Of a DNA stretch of 43,340 bases, positions 18,180 through 27,719 are shown piece by piece. How positions within the stretch are numbered: the first letter of the stretch is position 1; the number at the start of each line of letters is the position of its first letter. The stretch lies in NCBI GenBank assembly GCA_963715335.1, contig CAVQRZ010000032.1:1-43340 (forward strand). The letters are read 5' to 3'. The notes under the pieces are model-generated. The model was not told the origin of the DNA. It did not search any database and saw only the letters and a program-made list of their open reading frames with translations. The DNA comes from an uncultured delta proteobacterium. Its GTDB lineage: Bacteria > Desulfobacterota > Desulfuromonadia > Desulfuromonadales > BM103. Made by a program: the position numbers and the translations under genes.

Positions 18180-20801
18180 TCAGAGAGGCCCTGCCCTCTC
18201 TGAGGTTTTCCGAGCCGGGAAAGCGCTGATCAGCCCCATGGCCAGGGCGGCCAGGTAGGTGAGGGACTGCACCAGCAGGGCCGCCCCCCACAGGCGGGCA
18301 CCGGGGAGCTCCGCCCCCTGCAGCCAGATCACCCCGAAGGCACCACCGATCAGCAGCACCGCCAGGACGGTCTCCTCGGCGGCGCTGAGCAGCGCCTGTA
18401 CCAGGCGCGGCTGATTCTCGCACTTGGGGGTGCGGAAGAATGGCTTGTCCTTGGTCCAGAAGCCGGAGACCACCGCCTTGGCGATGGTGTGCGATAGGGC
18501 CAGCCCGGCCAGGGCCGCGCCGAGGGTTTCGGCGCGACTGGCGCCCACCCGGGTGCGGTAAAGGTAGATCAGTTTCAGCACCTTGAAGAAGAACAGCGCC
18601 AGGGGCGGAATGGTGAACACCGCCAGCGGCGGGTCGGTGTGCTGCGGATCCATCAGGATCAGGGCCGACCAGAGCAGGGCGCCGAAGGTGTAGAACAGGT
18701 TCAGACCGTCGGCCAGCCAAGGGAGCCAGCCGGCGACAAAATGGTAGCGCTGGCCGCGGCTCAGGCGGTCGTCCCCCCAGCCGAACAGGGGACGCAGGTG
18801 GCGGCGCATGATCTGGATCGAGCCGTAGGCCCAACGGAAGCGCTGCTTCTTGTAGTCGATGAAGGTGTCGGGCATCACTCCGCGACCGTAGCTCTGCTCG
18901 ATGTACCCCCCCTCGTACCCCGCCTCGAAGATCCGCAGGCCCAGCTCGGCGTCCTCGGTGATGCACCATTCTGCCCAGCCGCCAACCTCGCGCAGCACGC
19001 TGGCGCGGGCCATGGTCATGGTGCCGTGCTCGATGATGGCGTTGCGGTCGTTGCGGGTGACCATGCCGATGTGGAAGAACCCCTTGTATTCGGCGTAGCA
19101 CATCTGCTTGAACAGGGAGCTGTCGCCGTCATGGTAGTCCTGCGGCGCCTGGATGAAACCGATGGAGAGGTTGGCAAAGTAGGGAGTCAGATCCCGCAGC
19201 CAGCGGGGTGATACCTGGTAGTCGCTGTCGATGACAGCGATTACTTCGGCGTCGGCGGCCGTCTCGCGCATGGCGAAGTTCAGCGCGCCGGCCTTGAAGC
19301 CGGCCAGCGGCGAGACGTGGAAGAAGCGGAAGCGCGGACCGAGGGCGGCGCAGTGCGCCTCCACCGGCTGCCAGACTGCCGGGTCCTTGGTGTTGTTGTC
19401 GATGACCAGCACCTCGAAATCGGGATAATCCAGCTTCGCCAAAGCGTTGAGGGTCTTGATCAGCATCTCCGGCGGCTCGTTGTAGGCCGGCACATGCACC
19501 GAAACTTTCGGGAAGATCGTCCCCGCCTCCAGCTCTCGCTCCGGGGTGCCGGCGAAGAAGCGCCGGCGCTTCTTGGTCCAACTCGCCTCGGCCAGCTCAT
19601 GGGCCTCGGTGAGCAGCACGAAACAGATGCCGAGAAAGCCGAACAACAGGCAGATGCCCACCGAAATGGTCAGCAGGCTCTGATACTGGTTGACGTAGTC
19701 GTAGACCACCCAGACCAGGGTTGCCGCCATGCCGTTGGCCAGCAACGCCAGGAAGCTGCGGCCGCGACGGCGCAGGGAGGAGCTGTCGGTGAACAGAATC
19801 AGCGCCGCCGCCAGCCCCAGGCCTACGGAGAGGCCGGCCAGCAGCCGCCATTGGGGGATACGGACGATCGGCTCGGTGAAGGGGAACTTCTGGTTGCGGT
19901 TGACGTCGAACACCCCCCAGTAGGCCCCCACCGCCCCTTCCGTCTCCGACTTCCAGGGCTGGTCGAAGGCCTCCATCAGGTAGTAGTCGTACTTGTTCTT
20001 CTCTGCCCGCTGCAGGTAGTTGCGCAGGAAGATCGCCTCGTTGGACTGGGAGGCCACCGAAGCGCGGCGGGTGCGACCGTTGCTCGGCCAGCCCACCTCG
20101 GCCATCAGGATGCGTTTTTTCGGAAAGGCCTCGCGCAGCATGATGTAGGTGGCGTCGATATGATCCAGGGCCGCCTTGAGCGCCACCCCTTCCCAGTAGG
20201 GGAGAAAGTGGGCGGCGACGAAATCCGCATGCGCCGCCAGCTCCGGGTTGGCCAGCCAGACGTTCCACGGCTCGCCGGTACTCACCGGCAGCTTGACCGC
20301 CTTGCGCACCCGGTCGAGATAGACCGCCAATTCCTCGACCGTCAGATCCCCCCGCAGGATCGTCTCGTTGCCGACGATCAGCTGGATGATGGTTTTGCTC
20401 TTGCTCTTTTTGTGCTGTTTGACCACCTCGAACAGGCGCTCAAGCTCCCGCTCGTTCTCCTCGACATTGTCTGTTAGCCAGGCCCCGAGGGTCACCTTCA
20501 TGCCATGCTTTTCCGCCAGCCGCGGAATGCTACTGAGGCTGCCGCCGAGACCGTAGGTGCGGACCGCCTTCACCTGTCCTGCCAGCAGCGCCAGGTCGCT
20601 GGCGATCTGCTCTTCCGTCGGATAGAGCCCCAGGACCGGATCATTTTCCATCCGCAGGGGGGAGAAGGACATCCCCTCCACCTGAGTCGGCCAGGCGGGT
20701 TCGCTGGTGGGGCGGTTCCCCCAGCCCCAGAGCAGAAAGGTCGCCAGGCCGAAGCCGAAGACGATCAGCAGATTGAGCCAAAGGGCCTTGTTTTTCAACA
20801 T
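18180..20801 (-). CDS. ndvB: GH17-GT2 fusion, NdvB-like cyclic beta-1,3-glucan synthase
   Basis: GH17 motifs (VGNE, AEVGWPS, EAFDQPWK), TM block, GT2 motifs (DSD, WCITED, QRFRW), C-terminal TMs. Confidence 0.85.
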   Translation of the reverse strand: MLKNKALWLNLLIVFGFGLATFLLWGWGNRPTSEPAWPTQVEGMSFSPLRMENDPVLGLYPTEEQIASDLALLAGQVKAVRTYGLGGSLSSIPRLAEKHGMKVTLGAWLTDNVEENERELERLFEVVKQHKKSKSKTIIQLIVGNETILRGDLTVEELAVYLDRVRKAVKLPVSTGEPWNVWLANPELAAHADFVAAHFLPYWEGVALKAALDHIDATYIMLREAFPKKRILMAEVGWPSNGRTRRASVASQSNEAIFLRNYLQRAEKNKYDYYLMEAFDQPWKSETEGAVGAYWGVFDVNRNQKFPFTEPIVRIPQWRLLAGLSVGLGLAAALILFTDSSSLRRRGRSFLALLANGMAATLVWVVYDYVNQYQSLLTISVGICLLFGFLGICFVLLTEAHELAEASWTKKRRRFFAGTPERELEAGTIFPKVSVHVPAYNEPPEMLIKTLNALAKLDYPDFEVLVIDNNTKDPAVWQPVEAHCAALGPRFRFFHVSPLAGFKAGALNFAMRETAADAEVIAVIDSDYQVSPRWLRDLTPYFANLSIGFIQAPQDYHDGDSSLFKQMCYAEYKGFFHIGMVTRNDRNAIIEHGTMTMARASVLREVGGWAEWCITEDAELGLRIFEAGYEGGYIEQSYGRGVMPDTFIDYKKQRFRWAYGSIQIMRRHLRPLFGWGDDRLSRGQRYHFVAGWLPWLADGLNLFYTFGALLWSALILMDPQHTDPPLAVFTIPPLALFFFKVLKLIYLYRTRVGASRAETLGAALAGLALSHTIAKAVVSGFWTKDKPFFRTPKCENQPRLVQALLSAAEETVLAVLLIGGAFGVIWLQGAELPGARLWGAALLVQSLTYLAALAMGLISAFPARKTSERAGPL

Positions 20802-21298
20802 AAAGTGGTGTCCGCGAAACAGTGCGCAGTGGGTGCTGCGCCAAGGGTTAACGGCGAAATTCGCCGGCGCGGATTATAGGGCCAAACTGGGGGGGAAATG
20901 CCAGTGAATTTTTTGCCCGCGAAAAAACCCGCGAAACCAGGAGAATTAACGATAGGGATTTGCTTTTCATGGTTTGCGCCGAGAGGCCCGATTCTCGCCG
21001 CCGCGGCAGTCTGATTTGCCAGGATTGAACGGTTCCAGCTTCTACAGCTTGCCAAAAACCGTCTCAACCACAAAACCCCGGCAAGGGAAGCCGTCATCAA
21101 TCTGCCCTCCGTGAGAGAACGTTGTTCGAAAGCCCAAGGCGGCGTTCGAGCCAAAGCACCTGTTAAAACCGCATTAAACGAACAGAGTATACTTCACACC
21201 CTACGGTTTACCAGTCAGTCCTATCACAAATCGTTTGTCTACTTGCGCTTCACCACCGTGGCACCATACAATGTGAAATTGAACCAGAGAGGCTGCAT

Positions 21299-22579
21299 GT
21301 GATTCGATTCAATCTCAAATACGGCAACAAAGAGATTTCGGCCGAGCTAAACGCCCGTTTGCTCAGCGTTGCTCCCCCCGGCCCGCTACCCAACCCGGAG
21401 CAGGAGATTTGTCAGGCCCTGTCAGCCCCCTTCGGGACACCCCCTTTATGTGAGATTGTCAAGCCCGGCGAACGTGTCGTCATCGTCACCTCCGACATCA
21501 CCCGCTATACCGGCAGCGAGATTTACCTGCCGGTCCTGATCGATGAACTCAACCGTTGCGGCATTCCGGATAAGCACATCGAGATTATCGTCGCACTCGG
21601 CATCCACCGCAAACAGACGGCAACAGAACACCGCAAAATCATTGGCCCGCTTTATGGCCGCGTCAATGTATATGACCATGAATGCGACGACCGGGACGAG
21701 TTGGTGGACCTGGGGACAACTTCATCCGGTCTGCCGTTGCAGATCAACCGGCGCGTCATCGAGGCCGACCGGGTGATCGTCACCGGCACCATCGGCCTGC
21801 ATTATTTTGCCGGCTTCGGCGGCGGACGAAAAAGCCTGGTCCCGGGCGTGGCCAGCCGGGAGACCTGCATGGCCACCCATTTTGCAATTTTCAACCCGCC
21901 GGAGCAGGGAGGCCGCAATCCCCAAGCCTGCACGGCAAACCTCGCCGGCAACCCGGTGCACCAGGCGATTCTTGAAGCGGCACAGAGGGTCAAGCCGGAT
22001 TTTATTCTGAACACTGTGCTCACGGCGGATAAACAGATTGCCAGAGTCTTTTGCGGGGAGCTGGAAGAGGCCCATCTGGCCGGCTGCGCGCTGGCGAAGG
22101 ACCTCTACACCGTGCCCCTGGAGCAGGCGGCAGACCTGGCGGTCGTCTCCTGCGGCGGGCACCCCAAGGACATCAACTTCATCCAGGCCCACAAGGCGCT
22201 CGACTATGCAGTACACGCTGTCAAGCCCGGTGGGGCGGTGATTCTCCTCGCTGCCTGCCCGGACGGGTTCGGCAACGCCACCTTCTTCGACTGGTTCAAT
22301 TATGAAGACCTGGATATCTTTGAGAAGGCACTCCGCAGCCGATACGAGATCAATGGCCAGACCGCCTGGTCGACCCTGAGCAAGGCTCGAACCTGGCGGG
22401 TCATCCTGGTCAGCGAGTTCCCCCGCGAACAGACGGAAAAAATGGGCATGGAAAAAGCTGCAACGCTTGACGAAGCGTTGCAGATGGCTTACAAACAGCT
22501 GCCGGAGAACCCGGAGATCGTGGTCATCCCGGACGGCGGAACAATTTTACCGATATTAAAACCGAGGCGCGAAGCGTGA
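21299..22579 (+). CDS. larA: Nickel-pincer-dependent lactate racemase family protein
   Basis: SDITR, ALGIHR, HYFAGFGGGRKS, GNPVH, QAHKA and IPDGG motifs. Confidence 0.88.
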   Translation: MIRFNLKYGNKEISAELNARLLSVAPPGPLPNPEQEICQALSAPFGTPPLCEIVKPGERVVIVTSDITRYTGSEIYLPVLIDELNRCGIPDKHIEIIVALGIHRKQTATEHRKIIGPLYGRVNVYDHECDDRDELVDLGTTSSGLPLQINRRVIEADRVIVTGTIGLHYFAGFGGGRKSLVPGVASRETCMATHFAIFNPPEQGGRNPQACTANLAGNPVHQAILEAAQRVKPDFILNTVLTADKQIARVFCGELEEAHLAGCALAKDLYTVPLEQAADLAVVSCGGHPKDINFIQAHKALDYAVHAVKPGGAVILLAACPDGFGNATFFDWFNYEDLDIFEKALRSRYEINGQTAWSTLSKARTWRVILVSEFPREQTEKMGMEKAATLDEALQMAYKQLPENPEIVVIPDGGTILPILKPRREA

Positions 22580-22620
22580 GGCGCGAAAAAGCCTGTTCGC
22601 GCTTCGCACCTCGCACTTCA
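22563..22620. repeat. Inverted heptamer arrays (CGAGGCG / CGCTTCG-type) spanning the larA stop codon
   Basis: cgaggcg cgaagcg tgaggcg cgaa ... ttcg cgcttcg cacctcg cacttca. Confidence 0.75.
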
Positions 22621-22642
22621 GTTCTGATTCACAGAGGGATCA

Positions 22643-24049
22643 ATGTTATCAGATAGCATCATCAAGGACCTTAAGGGAATCGTCGGCAAGGACAACGTCT
22701 TCACCAGCAAAGCCGACCGGATCTGCTACTCTTACGACGCCACCCAGCAGAGCTTTCTCCCCGACGTGGTTGTTCATCCCCGTTCGACCGATGAGATCAG
22801 CCGCATCATGAAGCTGGCCAACCACGAAAAAATCCCGGTTTTCCCGCGTGGCGCCGGCAGCGGCTTCAGCGGAGGCAGCCTGCCGACCCTGGGCGGCATC
22901 GTCCTCTGCACCGAACGGATGGACCGCATCCTGGAGATCGACGAAGAGAACCTGATCGCCACCGTCGAACCGGGCGTGGTCACCGAGCAGTTCCAAAAGG
23001 CTGTGGAAAAGGTCGGCCTTTTCTACCCTCCCGATCCGGCCTCGCTGAAGTTTTCGACGCTGGGCGGCAACGTCGCCGAGTGTGCCGGGGGCCCGCGCTG
23101 CGTCAAATACGGTGTGACCAAGGATTTTATCATCGGTCTTGAAATTGTGACCCCCCAGGGTGACGTCATGACTACCGGCGGTCCGACCATGAAGGGCGTA
23201 GTCGGTTACGACCTGACCAAGCTGCTCTGTGGTTCAGAAGGGACTCTCGGCATCATCACCCGCATCGTCATCAAGCTGCTGCCGTTGCCTGAAGCGAAAA
23301 AGACCATGCTGGTGCTGTTCGATTCGATTGACGGGGCTGCGCGTGCAGTGTCGACGATCATTGGTGACAAGATCATTCCGACCACCCTCGAGTTCATGGA
23401 CGGCCGCACCCTTGACTGCGTGCGCCAGGCCACCAATCTCGATGTTCCCGAAGGCGCCCGGGCGGTGTTGATCATCGAGGTCGACGGCGACCGGGAACTC
23501 CTTGACAAGCAGGCCGCGCGGATCGCAGAGATCATCAAGCCGCTCGGCGTGGTCGAGACTCGCATCGCCACGACCCCGGAAGAGAGCGAAGCGCTCTGGC
23601 AGATCCGCCGCTCGGTATCCGCCAGTTTACGCAAGGTCAACCCGGACAAGTATAACGAGGATATCTGCGTGCCACGCAGCAAGGTCCCGGAGATGATCCG
23701 CAAGGTCGACGCCATCGCCGAGCGATATGCCATTCCGATCGTCAACTTCGGCCATGCCGGCGACGGCAACATCCATGTCAACATCATGGTCAACAAAAAG
23801 CTTGCCGGGGACACCCTCAAGGCAGAAGGCGCGATCCGCGACGTATTCAAGGCCGCCCTCGAACTGGGCGGCACCATGAGCGGTGAACATGGTATTGGCA
23901 TCGCCAAGGCCCCTTACATCCCACTCGAGATCACCCCGATCGCCGCCGACTACATGAAAGCAATCAAGCGGGCACTTGATCCCAACAACATACTCAATCC
24001 AGGGAAAATCTTCCTCGACGAGGAAGATTCCCTAGAGTGTGGCGGATAA
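22643..24049 (+). CDS. glcD: FAD-linked 2-hydroxyacid (D-lactate/glycolate) dehydrogenase subunit
   Basis: PRGAGSGFSGG, YPPDPAS, GSEGTLG, GHAGDGNIH, GEHGIG, LNPGK. Confidence 0.92.
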   Translation: MLSDSIIKDLKGIVGKDNVFTSKADRICYSYDATQQSFLPDVVVHPRSTDEISRIMKLANHEKIPVFPRGAGSGFSGGSLPTLGGIVLCTERMDRILEIDEENLIATVEPGVVTEQFQKAVEKVGLFYPPDPASLKFSTLGGNVAECAGGPRCVKYGVTKDFIIGLEIVTPQGDVMTTGGPTMKGVVGYDLTKLLCGSEGTLGIITRIVIKLLPLPEAKKTMLVLFDSIDGAARAVSTIIGDKIIPTTLEFMDGRTLDCVRQATNLDVPEGARAVLIIEVDGDRELLDKQAARIAEIIKPLGVVETRIATTPEESEALWQIRRSVSASLRKVNPDKYNEDICVPRSKVPEMIRKVDAIAERYAIPIVNFGHAGDGNIHVNIMVNKKLAGDTLKAEGAIRDVFKAALELGGTMSGEHGIGIAKAPYIPLEITPIAADYMKAIKRALDPNNILNPGKIFLDEEDSLECGG

Positions 24050-24105
24050 CGCGCAGCGAACAGGGCTGCTCTCTCAGGTTTATCGCGCCTCGCGCCAAGG
24101 AACAT

Positions 24106-25365
24106 ATGGCAAAGCTGAAAACACTCGAAGATTACCGCGAAGAGATTGACCAGTGCGTGAAGTGCGGCGCCTGCCGCGCCCATTGCCCGGTGTTTATTGA
24201 CGACAAACGTGAAGGCCGGGTCGCCCGGGGGAAAATTGCCCTGGCCAGCTCGGTTCTGCAAGGGGATGTCGATTTAGAAGCGAAGGTGCTGGAAGATATG
24301 AGCCAGTGCCTGCTCTGCGGCAGCTGCTGCGCGGGCTGCCCGAACAAGGTCCACACGGAAGAGATCGTTGCCGCCACGCGACGCCGGATTGCCGAGCAGC
24401 AGGGCCTTTCGACCTTCGGCAAGGGTGTCGCCGCCGTGCTGGGTCGACCGAAGCTGATGAACCTGCTGGCCAAATCCGGCGGTACCCTGTCAAACCTGAT
24501 CTTCAAAAAACTTCCGGAAGACAGCGGTTTGCACCTGCGCTTCCCGGCGCCCTACCTCGAGTCGGACCGGACCCTGCCGCCGATCACCGCCAAACCGTTT
24601 CGCGAGAGGGTTCCGGAGATCATCCCCGGCGAGGAAGGACAACCGACTGTCCTGTTCTTCACCGGCTGCGGCATCAACTACATGTACCCGGCGGTTGGCG
24701 AAGCTTTTCTCAAGGCCCTGAAGTTTCTCGGCGTTACCGTCATAATCCCCAAGGACCAGGCCTGCTGCGGCCTGCCGGCAGTCAGCGCCGGAGCGACCAA
24801 GACCATCGAAAAACTTGCCGAGCAAAATCTCGCCGCGATCAGTCGGCACAAGGTTGACCATATCGTCACGGCCTGCGCGTCCTGCAACGCGGGCCTCGGC
24901 GATATCTATGCAGAGATGGGCGAAGAGTTCAAAGACCTGTCGGCCAAAACGATCGACATCTTTGTTTTCCTCGCCAATCATGGCTTACCGGAAAAACTCG
25001 CAGCACTGCCGAGAGCCGACAAGCCGATCAAGGTGACTTACCATGACCCCTGTCACCTGCGTAACCGGGGGATCACCCGGGAGCCGCGCCAGATTCTCAA
25101 GGCCCTGCCGCAGGTGGAGTATATCGAGATGCCCGACGCCGCGACCTGCTGCGGCCTTGGCGGGACCTATTCGGTCTACCATTATGACACCAGCAAGAAG
25201 ATCGGCGCCCGGAAGGCGGCCAACATCGCAGCGAGCGGGGCGGACCTGGTTGCGACCGACTGCCCGGGCTGCATCATGCAGTTGCAGGACAATATCAATC
25301 ACGCCAAGGGCAAACAACATCCGGTCCATATTCTCGAACTGCTGGCCGAGGTCTTACCGGAGTAA
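24106..25365 (+). CDS. glcF: Fe-S subunit with two 4Fe-4S and two CCG motifs (GlcF-like)
   Basis: CVKCGACRAHCP, CLLCGSCCAGCP, CCGLP, YHDPCHL, CCGLGG; AAGGA RBS before ATG 24106. Confidence 0.9.
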   Translation: MAKLKTLEDYREEIDQCVKCGACRAHCPVFIDDKREGRVARGKIALASSVLQGDVDLEAKVLEDMSQCLLCGSCCAGCPNKVHTEEIVAATRRRIAEQQGLSTFGKGVAAVLGRPKLMNLLAKSGGTLSNLIFKKLPEDSGLHLRFPAPYLESDRTLPPITAKPFRERVPEIIPGEEGQPTVLFFTGCGINYMYPAVGEAFLKALKFLGVTVIIPKDQACCGLPAVSAGATKTIEKLAEQNLAAISRHKVDHIVTACASCNAGLGDIYAEMGEEFKDLSAKTIDIFVFLANHGLPEKLAALPRADKPIKVTYHDPCHLRNRGITREPRQILKALPQVEYIEMPDAATCCGLGGTYSVYHYDTSKKIGARKAANIAASGADLVATDCPGCIMQLQDNINHAKGKQHPVHILELLAEVLPE

Positions 25366-25392
25366 CGCTCGCGAATCATTTTGCGTTAAGGG

Positions 25393-25420
25393 TTGCACGC
25401 GTTCATCAACCTGTTAGAAT
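25393..25420 (+). promoter_or_regulatory. Putative sigma70 promoter of the cytochrome gene
   Basis: TTGCAC-N16-TAGAAT with extended TGn. Confidence 0.5.
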
Positions 25421-25475
25421 AACCGCGCTTGCTTTAAATAAACCACCGGACCATTCCCGCAAGGAGGAAACTATT

Positions 25476-25793
25476 ATGCAAAAACTGGCCATACTGATTG
25501 TTGCAATTCTGTTTGTAAGTTCCAGTGTTGTCCTGGCCGTCCCGGCAAAGAAAACCATCACGTTCAGCGACAGCTCCATGGGCGCCGTGAATTTCGACGG
25601 CACCGTACACAAGGACGCTGGCGTTAAATGCAAGGAATGCCACAACGACGAAATGTTTCCTAAGATGAAACAGGGCACTGTCAAGATCACCATGAACGAG
25701 ATCTACGCCGGCAAGCTTTGCGGCGTCTGTCACAATGGCAAGCGTGCTTTTGATGCCCAGGGCAACTGCGCCAGGTGTCACGTCAAGCAATAG
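25476..25793 (+). CDS. Periplasmic c7-type triheme cytochrome c
   Basis: Signal peptide; CKECH, CGVCH, CARCH; V-x-F-x3-VH and ITM...GKLCGVCHNGKRAF pattern; AGGAGG RBS. Confidence 0.92.
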   Translation: MQKLAILIVAILFVSSSVVLAVPAKKTITFSDSSMGAVNFDGTVHKDAGVKCKECHNDEMFPKMKQGTVKITMNEIYAGKLCGVCHNGKRAFDAQGNCARCHVKQ

Positions 25794-25817
25794 CCTCAGG
25801 CACCCACCGGAATAGTG

Positions 25818-25852
25818 AAAAAAGCCCGTCGACTTATCCGACGGGCTTTTTT
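25818..25852 (+). terminator. Rho-independent (bidirectional) terminator
   Basis: AAAAAAGCCCGTCG-acttatc-CGACGGGCTTTTTT. Confidence 0.9.
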
Positions 25853-26002
25853 ATGCGGCAGTGCCCTCTAAATACCACCCTGACCCTGGCAATTTGACCA
25901 ACTGTCCCGGCTGGGACAACGACTGAAGCCCTGCGCGGCAGGTACGTTTGCACCCACACGAAAACATTGAGCCTTTCCTCCAGCCCAGGGGTTTGATATA
26001 TT

Positions 26003-26088
26003 GATCGTCCGCAAAGGCAAAATCAGGGGAACTTGATGACGCAAAGCTACGGGTCCTTCATGCAGGATAGCCGGGTTGCAAGGAGATC
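26003..26088 (+). ncRNA. c-di-GMP-I (GEMM-I) riboswitch
   Basis: GGCAAA-ATCAGG-GGAA-CTTGAT-GACGCAAAG-CTACGGGTCC...GGATAGC-CGGGTTGC; GNRA-capped P2; P1 GATC-g-TCC/GGA-GATC. Confidence 0.9.
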
Positions 26089-26181
26089 GTTTAAGAGTTG
26101 ATGACAAGCCATCCGGACCACAATGGATGGCTTGTTCTGTCTGTTGCAGAGGGCAGAGAAACCGGGAGATTGATCAAGCCA

Positions 26182-26670
26182 ATGTTGACTTCAGGGCAAT
26201 CCGGAAAAGTGCGCAAAAAAAGCTCCATGGAGAGGATTGCATTTGAAACGGCCGTCCAATATGAACCCTCGCGTGAAGGTAAACTTTCCGATCTTTCTCG
26301 AGATTTGAGTGAAGGCGGCCTTTACCTTAAAACCCATTATCCATTAGAGACCGAAGCAACCCTGACCCTTTCATTTTCCATCCCGCAACGCGGGCAGGAA
26401 ATTTCAATCACGTGTAAGGCAAGGGTTGCATGGACAAACCTTGAAACAAATCGGCTTAAAGCCGAATACCCGTCAGGGGCAGGCTTGCAGTTCCTGGATC
26501 TTCCACGTGAAGACTCGGCGGCACTGGCAAAGTTCATTGATGCGTATAATGAGAACAAAAAGATGAATGTGGTTTGTGCTTGGTGTGGCAAGTCCTTAGG
26601 TCTGCGCAAAGGACCGTTTGGCACAACCAGTCATGGTATCTGCAATCAGTGCCGTGAAAATCTTGAATGA
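26182..26670 (+). CDS. PilZ-domain protein with C-terminal CxxC...HGICxxC zinc ribbon
   Basis: DLSEGGLYL, ARVAW, GAGLQF; CAWCG and HGICNQC; start uncertain (26101, 26182 or 26227). Confidence 0.8.
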   Translation: MLTSGQSGKVRKKSSMERIAFETAVQYEPSREGKLSDLSRDLSEGGLYLKTHYPLETEATLTLSFSIPQRGQEISITCKARVAWTNLETNRLKAEYPSGAGLQFLDLPREDSAALAKFIDAYNENKKMNVVCAWCGKSLGLRKGPFGTTSHGICNQCRENLE

Positions 26671-26782
26671 ATTTTAGCATCTTGTCGCCGGTGCTTGCGG
26701 GAGCTCTGGGTTTAAGCTGAACAAAATTCAATGAAGCATAAAAAGGGCATGTCGCCAGCGACTTCAACCGTGTGAGACCTCT

Positions 26783-27718
26783 ATGACCGGGCCAGTAAAT
26801 GCAGAAAAACAGGCGTTTAAGCCACATATCTGGGCTATTGGCGGAGGCAAGGGCGGGGTCGGCAAGTCAGCCCTCACTACCGGCATCGCAATGACTTTGG
26901 CGGACCAGGGACGGCGCTGCATTATGATCGACGCCGATCTTGGCGGAGCGAATCTGCATACCTTTCTCGGCATGTCGTCCCCCAAACATACGATCAGCGA
27001 CCTGTTCCGTGACCCTGACAAGAACATGCAGGATATTCTTCTGGCCACCCCCTTTGTCAACCTCAGTTTAATCAGCGGCGCCCGGGCTATGCACAACGTG
27101 GCCAACCTGAAACACCTGCAGAAGTTGAAGTTGATCAGGCAGCTTTTTTCTCTGGAGGCCGATTATATCTTTATTGATCTTGGCGCGGGGAGCTCCTTTA
27201 ACGTGCTCGATTTTTTCATTGCTGCGCACAATGGTTTGATGGTCGTCACGCCAACCCCGACCGCAATCGAAAATACCTACCACTTCCTGAGAGCAGCCTA
27301 TTTTCGCAAATTACGTCAAGTCATTCGAGATCTCAATGTGGAGGCCCTGGTGGATGCTTCCTTGGAAGACAAAGAGAAAAGTGGCATCCGCTCGCCGCGA
27401 GATCTTATGGCGAATCTCCGCCGCCGTGACCCGGGGGTCGGAGAACAGATTGACCAGGCGATGACATCTTTCAGTCCGAGCTTGATTGTCAACCAGGTGC
27501 AGCGACACGAAGAGCGCAATCTCGGCAAAGAGATTGCGCTCGCCTGCAAGGGTTTTTTAGGTATCAATGTGACAGTGGCCGGTGCTGTCCGCACCGATGA
27601 GCAAGTACTGATGTCTCTCAAATCGCGCCGGCCGGTGCTGTCCATGTTTCCGAAAAGTTACTTTGCCGAAGACGTCCGGCGGATCGTGCAGCAAATGGAC
27701 CTGGAAACGGAGAGCTGA
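26783..27718 (+). CDS. MinD/FlhG-like P-loop ATPase
   Basis: Deviant Walker A GGKGGVGKS; DADLGGANLH; IDLGAG; PTPTAIEN. Confidence 0.88.
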   Translation: MTGPVNAEKQAFKPHIWAIGGGKGGVGKSALTTGIAMTLADQGRRCIMIDADLGGANLHTFLGMSSPKHTISDLFRDPDKNMQDILLATPFVNLSLISGARAMHNVANLKHLQKLKLIRQLFSLEADYIFIDLGAGSSFNVLDFFIAAHNGLMVVTPTPTAIENTYHFLRAAYFRKLRQVIRDLNVEALVDASLEDKEKSGIRSPRDLMANLRRRDPGVGEQIDQAMTSFSPSLIVNQVQRHEERNLGKEIALACKGFLGINVTVAGAVRTDEQVLMSLKSRRPVLSMFPKSYFAEDVRRIVQQMDLETES

Positions 27719-27719
27719 G

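Noticed and set aside
18055..20477. Long alternative ORFs (348, 386 and 223 aa) over the glucan synthase
   Set aside because: Off-frame or antisense, with no motifs; explained by high GC
20802..21298. About 500-bp divergent intergenic region as a possible ncRNA or riboswitch
   Set aside because: No recognisable aptamer or tRNA; only a weak sigma70-like match (TTGCGC-N18-TACAAT at 21243-21272)
24037..24105. N-terminal extension of GlcF in the ORF track
   Set aside because: Better RBS and ATG at 24106; the extension runs through a repeat remnant
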